From Candidatus Moranbacteria bacterium GW2011_GWC2_40_12 (GTDB lineage: Bacteria > Patescibacteriota > Minisyncoccia > Moranbacterales > UBA11712): a stretch of DNA of 56,134 nucleotides. This document shows positions 7,778 through 16,431 of this stretch, piece by piece. A model generated the notes under the pieces. It had not been told where the DNA came from and ran no database searches. It was given only the letters and a program-made list of their open reading frames with translations. Location: contig LBYD01000002.1 of the NCBI GenBank assembly GCA_000995965.1, positions 336,563-392,696 of the forward strand. The letters are read 5' to 3'. A program made the position numbers and the translations under genes. How positions within the stretch are numbered: position 1 is the first letter of the stretch; every line of letters begins with the position of its first letter.

Positions 7778-7971
7778 GATAGATCCGTCTGATAAAAATG
7801 AAGATTAATATAATGGATTGGTTAAAAAGCAATAGATTATATTTCTCAATGGCAGTCATTTTTTTGGCTGTTTTTTATAATTTTTCTTGTTGTGGAAAAA
7901 GCTTTATAAAAGGGATAAATTATCCGTAATACGGATTTATTACGGACAGACCATGTAATATTAGAAGTGAT

Positions 7972-8514
7972 ATGTATTGCAAAAAATGTGGGAATGAAAT
8001 AAAAGATTCTGCTAACTTCTGTAGAAATTGCGGGACAAAAATAGATGTTGCTGAATACAGACCTCTAATTCGAGTCAATTTTTATAGTGAAGATTGGACA
8101 AGAAGAAGGGTTTTTGCCATTGCTTCAATGCCATATTATGACGTAATGGCGGATGAAAATTTTATATATTTCATCAAACTCCCAAAATATGACTCTAGCC
8201 TAGTGGGGTTAATAGTTGGTTTACTGTTATTTAATATTATTGGTGCGTTCATTGGAGCATCAATCGGAAGCTCAAGCGATGCGAAAAAAAGAGGATTATA
8301 TAGGGCAGCTTGGATTGATTCTGGAAACAAGATAATTTCAAATGATTTTGCAAAAGACATTCAGATCAAAATTCCAATAAATGAAGCAAGAGAATTATTG
8401 ACTCTAAAAAAACATCAGATATTTTTTTCCAATGGAAAAGAAAAATTTGTGTTGAGGAAGAACAAGGGTGAAGTCGAGAGATTAAATAATTTCTTACAAA
8501 GTGATGTTTTGTGA
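7972..8514 (+). CDS. Zinc-ribbon protein with one TM segment (paralogue 1 of 3)
   Basis: N-terminus MYCKKCGNEIKDSANFCRNCG. Hydrophobic segment LVGLIVGLLLFNIIGAFIGASIG. Confidence 0.65.
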   Translation: MYCKKCGNEIKDSANFCRNCGTKIDVAEYRPLIRVNFYSEDWTRRRVFAIASMPYYDVMADENFIYFIKLPKYDSSLVGLIVGLLLFNIIGAFIGASIGSSSDAKKRGLYRAAWIDSGNKIISNDFAKDIQIKIPINEARELLTLKKHQIFFSNGKEKFVLRKNKGEVERLNNFLQSDVL

Positions 8515-9505
8515 AAAATGTGGTAATAAATTAACAGCAGATTCGAAGTTTTGCGATAGTTGTGGGTTTAGTATCTCGGATAATTCTTTTTCTGCGACTA
8601 GTGATTTAAATCATCAAAATATTGAAGCCAATAAGCATAATAAGAAAGTGCTTATTATATTTTTTTCAGTTCTAGCTATATTTTTTATTTTTATTATTTA
8701 TTTAGATTCTTCTGATAATCCAACTCCAAAAGAAGAGCAAATAAACAATCCCAGCATCGAAAGTCTGAATTCTTTAGATAAACAGCAAAGTGATAGAAAA
8801 GCAAAGCAAGCAAAGGCGGACGCATACGAAAATATATCTGCGGCTGTTGTAAACATCCTGTGTCCATATTCAAACGAATTATTTAGTATTGATAGTGATG
8901 GGACTGGAGGATCGGGAACGATTATAGACGCAAGCGGTTTGGTTGTTTCAAATTCTCATATAATTCCGCAAGACCAGAAAAACTTGAATATAACAGAGGA
9001 TGGATGCTTTGTAATATTGCCAGATATCAAAACTGGAGCACCAAAAGAAATATATCTTGCAAAACCGCTGGTATTTAATGATTTGAGTGATAAATATGAT
9101 TTAGCCTTTTTGACTATTTACGATGTTTATACCGATGAGAATGGTCAACAATATGGAAAATATCCAAAAGAGCTTCCAGTATTTGATGATACCGGACTTT
9201 GCAAAGAAGAACAGATTAAGCTTGGTGAAAGCGTTAGGATTATCGGTTATCCCATATCAAGCGGAGGATATAATTTGACAATTACAGACGGCATTGTTAG
9301 TAGTTTTTCAGATGATGGATTGATTCTAACATCTGCAAAAATTGACCAAGGAAATTCAGGTGGACTGGCAATTGATAAGGATGGGTGCATGTTGGGAATC
9401 CCATCATCAGTTAGCAGGGGTCAATATGAAAATTTAGGTGTAATTATTCCAGCGAGCTCTATGAATGATTTCATTAAAGAGATAGAAAAAATATTAAATC
9501 AATAA
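8501..9505 (+). CDS. Zinc-ribbon-anchored trypsin-like (S1/HtrA-type, no PDZ) serine protease
   Basis: MMFCEKCGNKLTADSKFCDSCG, a TM segment, then GTGGSGTIID...VSNSH (His), YDLAFL (Asp) and DQGNSGGLAID (Ser). It overlaps the upstream gene by 14 nt. Confidence 0.75.
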   Translation: MMFCEKCGNKLTADSKFCDSCGFSISDNSFSATSDLNHQNIEANKHNKKVLIIFFSVLAIFFIFIIYLDSSDNPTPKEEQINNPSIESLNSLDKQQSDRKAKQAKADAYENISAAVVNILCPYSNELFSIDSDGTGGSGTIIDASGLVVSNSHIIPQDQKNLNITEDGCFVILPDIKTGAPKEIYLAKPLVFNDLSDKYDLAFLTIYDVYTDENGQQYGKYPKELPVFDDTGLCKEEQIKLGESVRIIGYPISSGGYNLTITDGIVSSFSDDGLILTSAKIDQGNSGGLAIDKDGCMLGIPSSVSRGQYENLGVIIPASSMNDFIKEIEKILNQ

Positions 9506-9509
9506 TAGT

Positions 9510-10676
9510 ATGTATTGCATAAAATGCGGAAGAAAATTAAAGGAATTCGATAATTATTGTGATCATTGCGGTAAAAGAATATCTGGAAGTGAGATAAAGA
9601 ATAAAGAAACAGGAAAAATTGATCTACCAAGATCTGGATTTACTAAAGAGTTTAACTTCAAAAAACAATTTTTATTTTGGTTTATTCCGTCGGGCTTGAT
9701 ATTGTTGGATATTTTTTACCTCACCTCATCCAATATATTCATTAGCCTAGTATGTTCAATTATCATAGGGGGGATTTTTGCATTCTTGATAATTCAGATA
9801 AGGAGAGAAAACTACATGCCGAAACAAAAGAAAATTATTAATCAAATTCCAACTTATCGGGAAAATAGAACAGCTACATCTCTCTCTAAACCAATTATTA
9901 AAAAATCTTGGCTGGACAGTCAAGCAGTTAGGACAACGTTGATTGTTTTAGGTGTTGGGGTAGTGTTAATCTTTAGATTTGGTGATTTTTTAAACAACGA
10001 TGCTGTCGAAAAAAATAATCAAGCAATCTCAGACCTTAATTCCGGAAATAGTAGTCAAGCCATATCGCATCTGCAGCAAGCTTCTGAAGGAGCAATCACA
10101 AATGATACAAAAATAAACACTCTTAAAAATCTCGCATATGCCTATTCAACCGAGGGCAAAAACGATTTGTCATTGAAAACCTTTAAGGAAGCACTTGCAT
10201 TAGCAAGTAATGATTCTTTCGATTATTATTTAATTTCTGGTGAAATAGGATTATTAGAGAGGAAACCTGACCTAGCTTTGTCAAATTATAACAAAGCATA
10301 TCAAATCAATCCCAACAATTTTCAGATAAATAATGCTCTTAATCTGTTTTACATTGACCTGGATGAAAGTGCAAAATCCTATGCAAATTATCCAAAAGCT
10401 CTGGGATATGCCCAAAAGGCTTACGAGGTTAGTGAAGCGTCGGTTAAAAATATTGCCAAACAAAATCTCGCTATATCTTATCTTTTTAACAAAAAATATG
10501 AACAAGCAATAACGCTCTTTCTTTCAGCTGATTTAGCTAAAGAGCCCTATGCTAATTATTGGCTTGGTGTTACATACGTAGCAAAGGGAGACTCTGCTAA
10601 TGCTAAGATTTATCTTAAAAAAGCAAAAGATGCTGGAATAAAACTTGAGCCGGAACTTTCTGAATACCTATATTAA
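9510..10676 (+). CDS. Zinc-ribbon, TM and TPR-repeat protein
   Basis: MYCIKCGRKLKEFDNYCDHCG, two or three TM segments, and a C-terminal run of TPR-like repeats (...LAYAYSTEGKNDLSLKTFKEAL..., ...YWLGVTYVAKGDSANAKIYLKKA). Confidence 0.7.
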   Translation: MYCIKCGRKLKEFDNYCDHCGKRISGSEIKNKETGKIDLPRSGFTKEFNFKKQFLFWFIPSGLILLDIFYLTSSNIFISLVCSIIIGGIFAFLIIQIRRENYMPKQKKIINQIPTYRENRTATSLSKPIIKKSWLDSQAVRTTLIVLGVGVVLIFRFGDFLNNDAVEKNNQAISDLNSGNSSQAISHLQQASEGAITNDTKINTLKNLAYAYSTEGKNDLSLKTFKEALALASNDSFDYYLISGEIGLLERKPDLALSNYNKAYQINPNNFQINNALNLFYIDLDESAKSYANYPKALGYAQKAYEVSEASVKNIAKQNLAISYLFNKKYEQAITLFLSADLAKEPYANYWLGVTYVAKGDSANAKIYLKKAKDAGIKLEPELSEYLY

Positions 10677-10709
10677 ATCCTGAGGTTAACGTTTATTATA
10701 CATACAAAA

Positions 10710-11039
10710 ATGCTTAGGTTGCTTAATAGAAAAAATTATCTAATTTCAGTAGTTATTTTCTTGGCTATCTTTTTTCTATCCGGATGTTCGGATTATTCCA
10801 CGGAAAAAGTTGAAGAAAGCCCTGCATTTGAAGATACTCCTGTTATTGAAGATTCAGATTCTGATCTATACGATCAAGAGCCTCAAACATTCAATGGATA
10901 TGAGTGCACTGATGATTGTTCAGGACACGAAGCTGGTTATAATTGGGCTGAAGAAAAAGGCATAACCGATCCAAGTGATTGCGGAGGAAATTCAAATTCC
11001 TTTATAGAGGGTTGCGAAAGCTATGCCGAAGGACAGTAA
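10710..11039 (+). CDS. Small lipoprotein, Cys-rich C-terminus
   Basis: Signal peptide plus lipobox FLSGCS. Ends in CTDDCSGHEAGYNWAEEKGITDPSDCGGNSNSFIEGCESY. Confidence 0.6.
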   Translation: MLRLLNRKNYLISVVIFLAIFFLSGCSDYSTEKVEESPAFEDTPVIEDSDSDLYDQEPQTFNGYECTDDCSGHEAGYNWAEEKGITDPSDCGGNSNSFIEGCESYAEGQ

Positions 11040-11069
11040 TGATTATGATAAATAGTAATTTTTATTAAA

Positions 11070-11276
11070 ATGATGAAGAAAATATTTTCACTCACATTTA
11101 TTTTATTATTGGCACTGTTTTTATCTGGATGCAGCAGTGAGCCAGCAGTCAAAAAAAGTGATACAGGAATTTGTCATAAAGATGGAACAAACTATTACAA
11201 GAACACAAAGAATTTTACTCCCTATGATTCGATAGAGGATTGTCTCGATAGCGGAGGAAGGTTGCCTAAAAAATAA
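11070..11276 (+). CDS. Small lipoprotein
   Basis: Signal peptide plus lipobox FLSGCSS, with the conserved-looking segment CHKDGTNYY...CLDSGGRLPKK. Confidence 0.55.
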   Translation: MMKKIFSLTFILLLALFLSGCSSEPAVKKSDTGICHKDGTNYYKNTKNFTPYDSIEDCLDSGGRLPKK

Positions 11277-11282
11277 ATACAT

Positions 11283-11546
11283 ATGGGATATAATTTTTTC
11301 GATTTATTAACTAAGATTACACCTACCTTTACAATAAGACATAGAATGCGTTTTTTTGGCATGCAATCTATAGAAAAATATAAAATTGTTGGAAGTCGCA
11401 ACAAAGAAGTGGAGGAGCTCATAACCATTTGCAGATATTGGGCTGAACAAATATTAAAAAGAAATCCAGATGACGAAGAAGCTAAAGCATTCAGAAATTT
11501 TCCAAATAAATCTTTTTCAGATTGGATTAAATCAAGGGAAGAATAA
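11283..11546 (+). CDS. Hypothetical 87-aa protein
   Basis: The ORF is in the operon, 7 nt after the previous stop. No motif recognised. Confidence 0.4.
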   Translation: MGYNFFDLLTKITPTFTIRHRMRFFGMQSIEKYKIVGSRNKEVEELITICRYWAEQILKRNPDDEEAKAFRNFPNKSFSDWIKSREE

Positions 11547-11567
11547 ACTTCTATTTTTTTCAACAAT

Positions 11568-13337
11568 ATGGTCAACTACATTTTTATCATCATAATAATA
11601 ATCAGCTATATTATTCTTTGGTTTATCATAAATCTTTTAGCTTATTTTTTGTCCGTTGCTTTCAAAACCAAAAAAATATTTGGAGTGATGGCAGGGTTGG
11701 CATACATTGTTTATTACATTTTTAATTTTTTATTAGGAATAGGATTAATTTGGTTCGGAATATTGCTTTTAATAAATAGAGAATTTCTTTGGTTTATTAT
11801 TTATCTGTTTATCGGAGCAAGCATAATAAGCTTTATTATCAATTTGCTCCAGTTTCCCTTTATTTTTCTCACGAATTATTTTTCGTATAAGATTCAGGAA
11901 AGAGATTTTGATGATGACATAGCAACTGCAGAAATAATTGGCGAAAAAGGCAAAGTAATTAAAAGAATTGAGGGCGATACTGCGATATTGGTCAGACTCG
12001 CTAAATATTTTGTCCTTCTTTACATCCTAAATTTTGCATCTGTATTTCTTAATCCGGAAAAAATTGCAACATGGAGATGGGGTGATTATATCCTCTGGCC
12101 TTTTTTGTGGCTTATTTCTCAAGCTGTTGTTGTTGGTATTCTGTATATTATTTATCACAAGATAAGGTTTAAATTGTTTTTTCCTGAAGATAAGCGACAT
12201 TTTTTTATTCAAGTTTTTAAGATATGTTTCTTTTTTGTATTAATAGCAACTATCTTGATATATGGCATATTATATTTTATTGAAAACAAAGCAGATAAAA
12301 ATACTAACGAAATTCAGGACATTACATCGCAAGAACAATCCAGCGCGCTATATGATGCTTCTTCGTGGGAAATTGTAAATATAATTAATGAAGATGTTAA
12401 TGGAGATAATCAAGCCGAAGAGATTTATTATTTAAAATCAATTAAATCTGCGGGGGTTGATGCGGCTGATAAAGATGAGTTTGGAATAAAAATTGTTGTT
12501 GCAAAGGACAACAATATTTTATTCGAATATTCTCCAAGCGAAGATAAGGCTACCGATAAATATTGGCCAGTTGGCTATTATCGATCTGACACAAATTCTT
12601 CAAAGAATTTTTATCTCGACGACTTATCAGGAGATCGGTTGCCAGAGATTATTGTCCAAACTGGTATCACAGGCGCGTCTGATATTGAAGACTGCTTGAA
12701 TATAATCAGTTATAACAAGACAAATCAAACATTCAATTTAGTTAATAAGGAGGAATTTTGTTACACCTTTAACACTGGCATCAAATTTGATAATCTTTCT
12801 TCTTTAAATGGCCGACAAATAATTAAGGCTGTTCCCTTAAATGGCGAGATTGTAGGGAATAAAGTCGAGCAGTCCTTTTCAATCGATGTTTATACTTGGT
12901 ATGGTAATAATTTTTCAATATTGAAAAAATTTAAAAGTTCAAGATCATACGAAGGCGGATTGAATGCTCTCGATGGGGAAATTTACTTAATAAGAAAATA
13001 TTTTTGGAATTTATCATCTGATGATCTAAAAATACTTCAGACAGATCAGGCAGTTCGGGATCTTAAAACAAAGGCAGATGCTTATCGACAAATGATAGAT
13101 CTTAAAAATAGAAAAGCTCAAACTCTGTTAAATCAGATTAATCTAATAAATGAACAGATAAATAATTCAAACTTATCAGAAAAAGAAAAGACAGAATTGC
13201 TAGAAGAAAAAAATTATCTTTTGCAAAAAACTAGTGAGGAAGAAGATAAATATAGGCAACTGCTAGAGCAGGTAGATAAACAAAAAAATGGACTGCTTAA
13301 TGATATAAATAAAATGGAAAGCGGGGTGAAATTATGA
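11568..13337 (+). CDS. Large membrane protein with a multi-TM N-terminus, FG-GAP-like Asp-rich motifs and a C-terminal coiled coil
   Basis: About 7 hydrophobic segments in the first 240 aa. DVNGDNQAEEIYY and DDLSGDRLPEIIVQTG look like FG-GAP/calcium-loop motifs. The tail is heptad-rich (LINEQINNSNLSEKEKTELLEEKNYLLQK). Confidence 0.55.
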   Translation: MVNYIFIIIIIISYIILWFIINLLAYFLSVAFKTKKIFGVMAGLAYIVYYIFNFLLGIGLIWFGILLLINREFLWFIIYLFIGASIISFIINLLQFPFIFLTNYFSYKIQERDFDDDIATAEIIGEKGKVIKRIEGDTAILVRLAKYFVLLYILNFASVFLNPEKIATWRWGDYILWPFLWLISQAVVVGILYIIYHKIRFKLFFPEDKRHFFIQVFKICFFFVLIATILIYGILYFIENKADKNTNEIQDITSQEQSSALYDASSWEIVNIINEDVNGDNQAEEIYYLKSIKSAGVDAADKDEFGIKIVVAKDNNILFEYSPSEDKATDKYWPVGYYRSDTNSSKNFYLDDLSGDRLPEIIVQTGITGASDIEDCLNIISYNKTNQTFNLVNKEEFCYTFNTGIKFDNLSSLNGRQIIKAVPLNGEIVGNKVEQSFSIDVYTWYGNNFSILKKFKSSRSYEGGLNALDGEIYLIRKYFWNLSSDDLKILQTDQAVRDLKTKADAYRQMIDLKNRKAQTLLNQINLINEQINNSNLSEKEKTELLEEKNYLLQKTSEEEDKYRQLLEQVDKQKNGLLNDINKMESGVKL

Positions 13338-13594
13338 AAAAAATATTATTTGTTATCTCGATTTTAGCGTTCGGATTTATAGCCGTAAATTTTGCCAGTG
13401 CATATTCTTACAGAGTTGGCGGATATTACAGGAGCAGTGGAACGTATGTTCAGCCGTATTACAGAACATCTCCCGATAGCTCTCGCTGGAACAATTATTC
13501 GACGCGAGGAAACTATAATCCTTATACCGGACAAAAGGGATATACCAGCCCGTATCGTTCTTACAACTCATATAGATCATACAGCCGATGGTAG
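13334..13594 (+). CDS. Secreted Tyr/Ser/Arg-rich low-complexity peptide
   Basis: Signal peptide MKKILFVISILAFGFIAVNFASA, then YSYRVGGYYRSSGTYVQPYYR...YRSYNSYRSYSRW. ATGA overlap with the upstream gene. Confidence 0.5.
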   Translation: MKKILFVISILAFGFIAVNFASAYSYRVGGYYRSSGTYVQPYYRTSPDSSRWNNYSTRGNYNPYTGQKGYTSPYRSYNSYRSYSRW

Positions 13595-13689
13595 CAGTAT
13601 TCACACATTTCACTTAAAGGAAAGCGAAAACAAACGCAAGGGGATCAACAAAAACTCAAATCATATAACTGGCAGGAATGTTCTTGTTG

Positions 13690-14000
13690 ACCCTCGCACA
13701 ACTTGATTTTGTTGCGACACGCTCTTTTTTCTTGCCAAAAATTGCCTGCAAGCTTTCGTCAACTTTTGGAGAAAAGAGGCGTTTCGCAAAAAACGAAGTT
13801 GTGCAACATTTGTTTTCGCACTTTTTATACAACCCCCTGCCCCCTTTGCAAGGGGAAAGCCTTTCTTTCGCATCGAGCGTGCAGAAAGGCGTTATACGGG
13901 CGTGCTCGCTTCGCTACGCCTTGAACAGGGCTCAAGCCCTGCCATTCGGCAGGAACGCCCGTATTGCCCCTGAAAGCCGCCTAGAAAGGACTAACAACGA
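13690..14000. other. ORF-free, GC-enriched segment with extensive nested pairing (candidate structured RNA, or island-boundary or recombination sequence)
   Basis: Long-range pair gcacaactt (13696-13704) with aagttgtgc (13796-13804). Perfect 10-bp pair atacgggcgt (13894-13903) with acgcccgtat (13955-13964), which encloses the hairpins cagggc-tcaa-gccctg and ctgcc-attc-ggcag. Further hairpins: cccct-ttgca-agggg and gcctttct...agaaaggc. Confidence 0.4.
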
Positions 14001-14188
14001 AACTATAATCTTGCTTCAATACTTCTCTTAATTCTTGCCACTGCTTCAATTCTGTGATAACTTGGTTCCAACTATTGAGTAGGTAGTGTACCAGAATGAA
14101 ATATGGAGCAATTTGCTTGTTTTTTGGAAGGTGTGTTATGATTCCTGAAGATTTCAGGGGGATTAATAAGCTTTAATAAAAAAACCAC

Positions 14189-14461
14189 ATGAAAAAGAAA
14201 GAGCTTGTGGAAGCCATCGTGGCAAAAACCGAGATGGCGAAAAAGGACGTTCTTATGGTCCTTGAAACAATGACGGAAGTCGTGAAAAGCACTGTCACAA
14301 AAGAGGCAGTCGAAATTCCGGGGATCGTGAAGATCGAGAAAAAACATCGAGCCGCCCGGATGGGGCGCAATCCGATGACCGGAGAATCTATCAGCATTCC
14401 GGCCAAGACTGTGCTGAAAGCCCGGGTTCTCAAGAAGCTCAAGGATGCGGTGATGAAGTAG
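14189..14461 (+). CDS. hup: DNA-binding protein HU
   Basis: MKKKELVEAIVAKTEMAKKDV...RMGRNPMTGESISIPAKTVLKARVLKKLKDAV. HU/IHF fold signature, 90 aa. Confidence 0.9.
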   Translation: MKKKELVEAIVAKTEMAKKDVLMVLETMTEVVKSTVTKEAVEIPGIVKIEKKHRAARMGRNPMTGESISIPAKTVLKARVLKKLKDAVMK

Positions 14462-14464
14462 TTC

Positions 14465-14541
14465 AAAGTTCGACTCTAGGCGGAGCCGATAGTCGAACTT
14501 TTCGAAACAAAGGATTCCGCAGTAATTTGCGGAATTTTTTG
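14465..14541 (+). terminator. Two consecutive hairpin terminators after hup
   Basis: agttcgact...agtcgaact followed by TTTT, then ttccgc-agtaatt-tgcggaa followed by TTTTTT. Confidence 0.7.
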
Positions 14542-14548
14542 TTTATTT

Positions 14549-14608
14549 AAAGCTCGGCTTTTTTCCTTCCCCGACTGCCGTCGTGGAATTCCTCAAAGCC
14601 AAGCTTTT
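14549..14608 (+). repeat. 60-nt AAAGC-hairpin element, copy A (intergenic)
   Basis: The sequence is aaagctcggcttttttccttccccgactgccgtcgtggaattcctcaaagccaagctttt. It has terminal mini-hairpins AAAGC-TCG-GCTTT and AAAGC-CAA-GCTTT and a central CCCCGAC-TGCC-GTCGTGG hairpin. Confidence 0.8.
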
Positions 14609-14609
14609 G

Positions 14610-14638
14610 ATCCCGCCATGATTTGCGGGGTTTTTTGT
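14610..14638 (+). terminator. Third terminator, a near duplicate of the second
   Basis: cccgc-catgattt-gcgggg plus TTTTTT. The flanks gttttttgtttgtttaaaaagc parallel ttttttgtttatttaaagc after the second terminator. Confidence 0.65.
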
Positions 14639-14725
14639 TTGTTTAAAAAGCTAAGGTTTACACTTCTTATTTTATAATGCTACAATCTTCTTGTTGACAA
14701 TAGACTATGTCGCAAGATTACGCCC

Positions 14726-16318
14726 ATGGAAAACAAGAAAAATTCCCAAATAAACGAGCCGATTGCGGAGTTTCTCGAAAAACTCAGACAGCAGCTGGAA
14801 GCTGAAAAAATCCAGAAAGCCGGAGAAAAGGAGGCAGAGATCGAGGAAACAGGCGAAAGCATGGCTCTTCTTTATGAGAAAGTAAGAAATCTCATCGAAT
14901 ACAACGATGATCATCTCATCAAGAGAAATGCCATTGAGCGAATTTTGAAACGCAATCTTCTCATTGAATTTCGCCGTGAGGATTTCACTGAACAGTTTCT
15001 CGAGGAGCTTGCCATGAGCGGATATCTTGAAAAGGGAAAAACCGGAGAGGAATTGAAAACAAAGACTGCGCGCATAATTGCCAAATACCAAAAAGCCTCG
15101 GGGGCAATTTCAGGCTATGAGGTGAAGAGGTGGCTGGTTGGCATGGCTTCCTGCGAAATCGAGGAAACTCTGTTTTCCAATCCATCCAGATTTGCCCTGG
15201 TCCGGGCCATGTATGAGACAGCGAAGAATAGAGTTGAAATCAAGGGCGCGAAAAAAGTGAAGGAGAGCGAAAAGAACATCCAAATTTTTCTTGCCGTTGT
15301 GAGATCAATCGCCAAACCGGACAATGCCATGCTCAATTTCGTCCTCTTCAAACTGTATCTTCCGGAATGGTTCAAAAAGGACCTTCCGGACAGTGAATTA
15401 GCCATGATGCTTTCCGGCTTTCCGGCGCTCATCCATTCGATCAAGATGAAAATTTCAAGCCCCGTTTCGGTGAAAATAGGAGTGGCGCTTCGCAAGTATG
15501 CCGTTTATTTCAATATTTTTTATGAGTCGGCGCTTCAAAATATTTCCAAAATAGAAAAAATCGTCGGAAATCCCGAGTCGCTCAATTTTGCGGTCCAATT
15601 GGCGGCTTCCGAAGTATACGATCGGGAGATGAGAAAGTTCTGGAAAAGAGTGAAGAGAAGCCTTTATTTTCTCATAATTACCAAAATATTTTTGGCCGTG
15701 GCGGTGGAATATCCCTTTGATTTTTATGTCATCGGACAAGTCAATACGGTTCCAATAATTATCAACCTTTTTCTTCCGCCGCTATATCTGTTGGTCCTTT
15801 CAACAACCATACGCCGCCCCAGCGACCAAAACTCCGCCCTGATTGCCAAAGGGGTCGGAGAAATTGCCTACGGCCGCGAAGAAAAGCCGATTGCCGAGAT
15901 CCGTCTTCAGGAAATCGAAACTTTCTCTGATTGGACGCTGAATCTATTTTTCATTCTCACCTACGGGATTTCATTCGGGCTTGTCATTTGGATTTTGAAT
16001 ATCTTGAATTTCAATTGGCTCGGAATCTTGATATTTCTTTTCCTTTTCAGCGTGATAAACTTTTTCAATGCCCTGGTGCGCCAGCCAGTGCGCGAACTTC
16101 TTGTCGCCCGTGAAAAAGAGGGAATGATCGGGATGCTCATAGACACCCTTTCAATGCCGTTTGTCCGGATGGGGAAGTGGATGTCGATCAACTTTTCGCG
16201 AGTCAATGTTTTTATCTTCCTTTTTGATGTTATAATAGAAGCGCCGTTCAAGGTAGTTGTCCGATTTATCCGGGAATGGGCCGGATTTATCCGAAGAAAG
16301 AAAGAGGAAGTGATTTGA
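14726..16318 (+). CDS. Hypothetical membrane protein (soluble N-terminal half, multi-TM C-terminal half)
   Basis: 530-aa ORF with about 6 hydrophobic segments after residue 310. No family recognised with confidence. Confidence 0.6.
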   Translation: MENKKNSQINEPIAEFLEKLRQQLEAEKIQKAGEKEAEIEETGESMALLYEKVRNLIEYNDDHLIKRNAIERILKRNLLIEFRREDFTEQFLEELAMSGYLEKGKTGEELKTKTARIIAKYQKASGAISGYEVKRWLVGMASCEIEETLFSNPSRFALVRAMYETAKNRVEIKGAKKVKESEKNIQIFLAVVRSIAKPDNAMLNFVLFKLYLPEWFKKDLPDSELAMMLSGFPALIHSIKMKISSPVSVKIGVALRKYAVYFNIFYESALQNISKIEKIVGNPESLNFAVQLAASEVYDREMRKFWKRVKRSLYFLIITKIFLAVAVEYPFDFYVIGQVNTVPIIINLFLPPLYLLVLSTTIRRPSDQNSALIAKGVGEIAYGREEKPIAEIRLQEIETFSDWTLNLFFILTYGISFGLVIWILNILNFNWLGILIFLFLFSVINFFNALVRQPVRELLVAREKEGMIGMLIDTLSMPFVRMGKWMSINFSRVNVFIFLFDVIIEAPFKVVVRFIREWAGFIRRKKEEVI

Positions 16319-16431
16319 AAATTGCCAATTGGCCCGATAAAATCCCAAATCAAAAATCCAAGCTACCGGACATTGTGTCGTCGGGGCTGGGTATTGATTG
16401 GATTAATCGGGTCGATTAGGAATTAGGAATT

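Noticed and set aside
13661-14031. Three overlapping ORFs (70-117 aa) in the structured segment
   Set aside because: They overlap each other in different frames and strands, they are rich in Arg/Cys/Phe from hairpin sequence, and none has an RBS.
7600-14100. Search for a displaced tRNA-Glu 3' half or a long direct repeat marking the far end of the island
   Set aside because: Only a weak match was found (actaacaacgaa at about 13988 against actaacagcgat after the tRNA). That is too short to call an att site. Serine recombinases need no long repeats, so the right boundary stays open.
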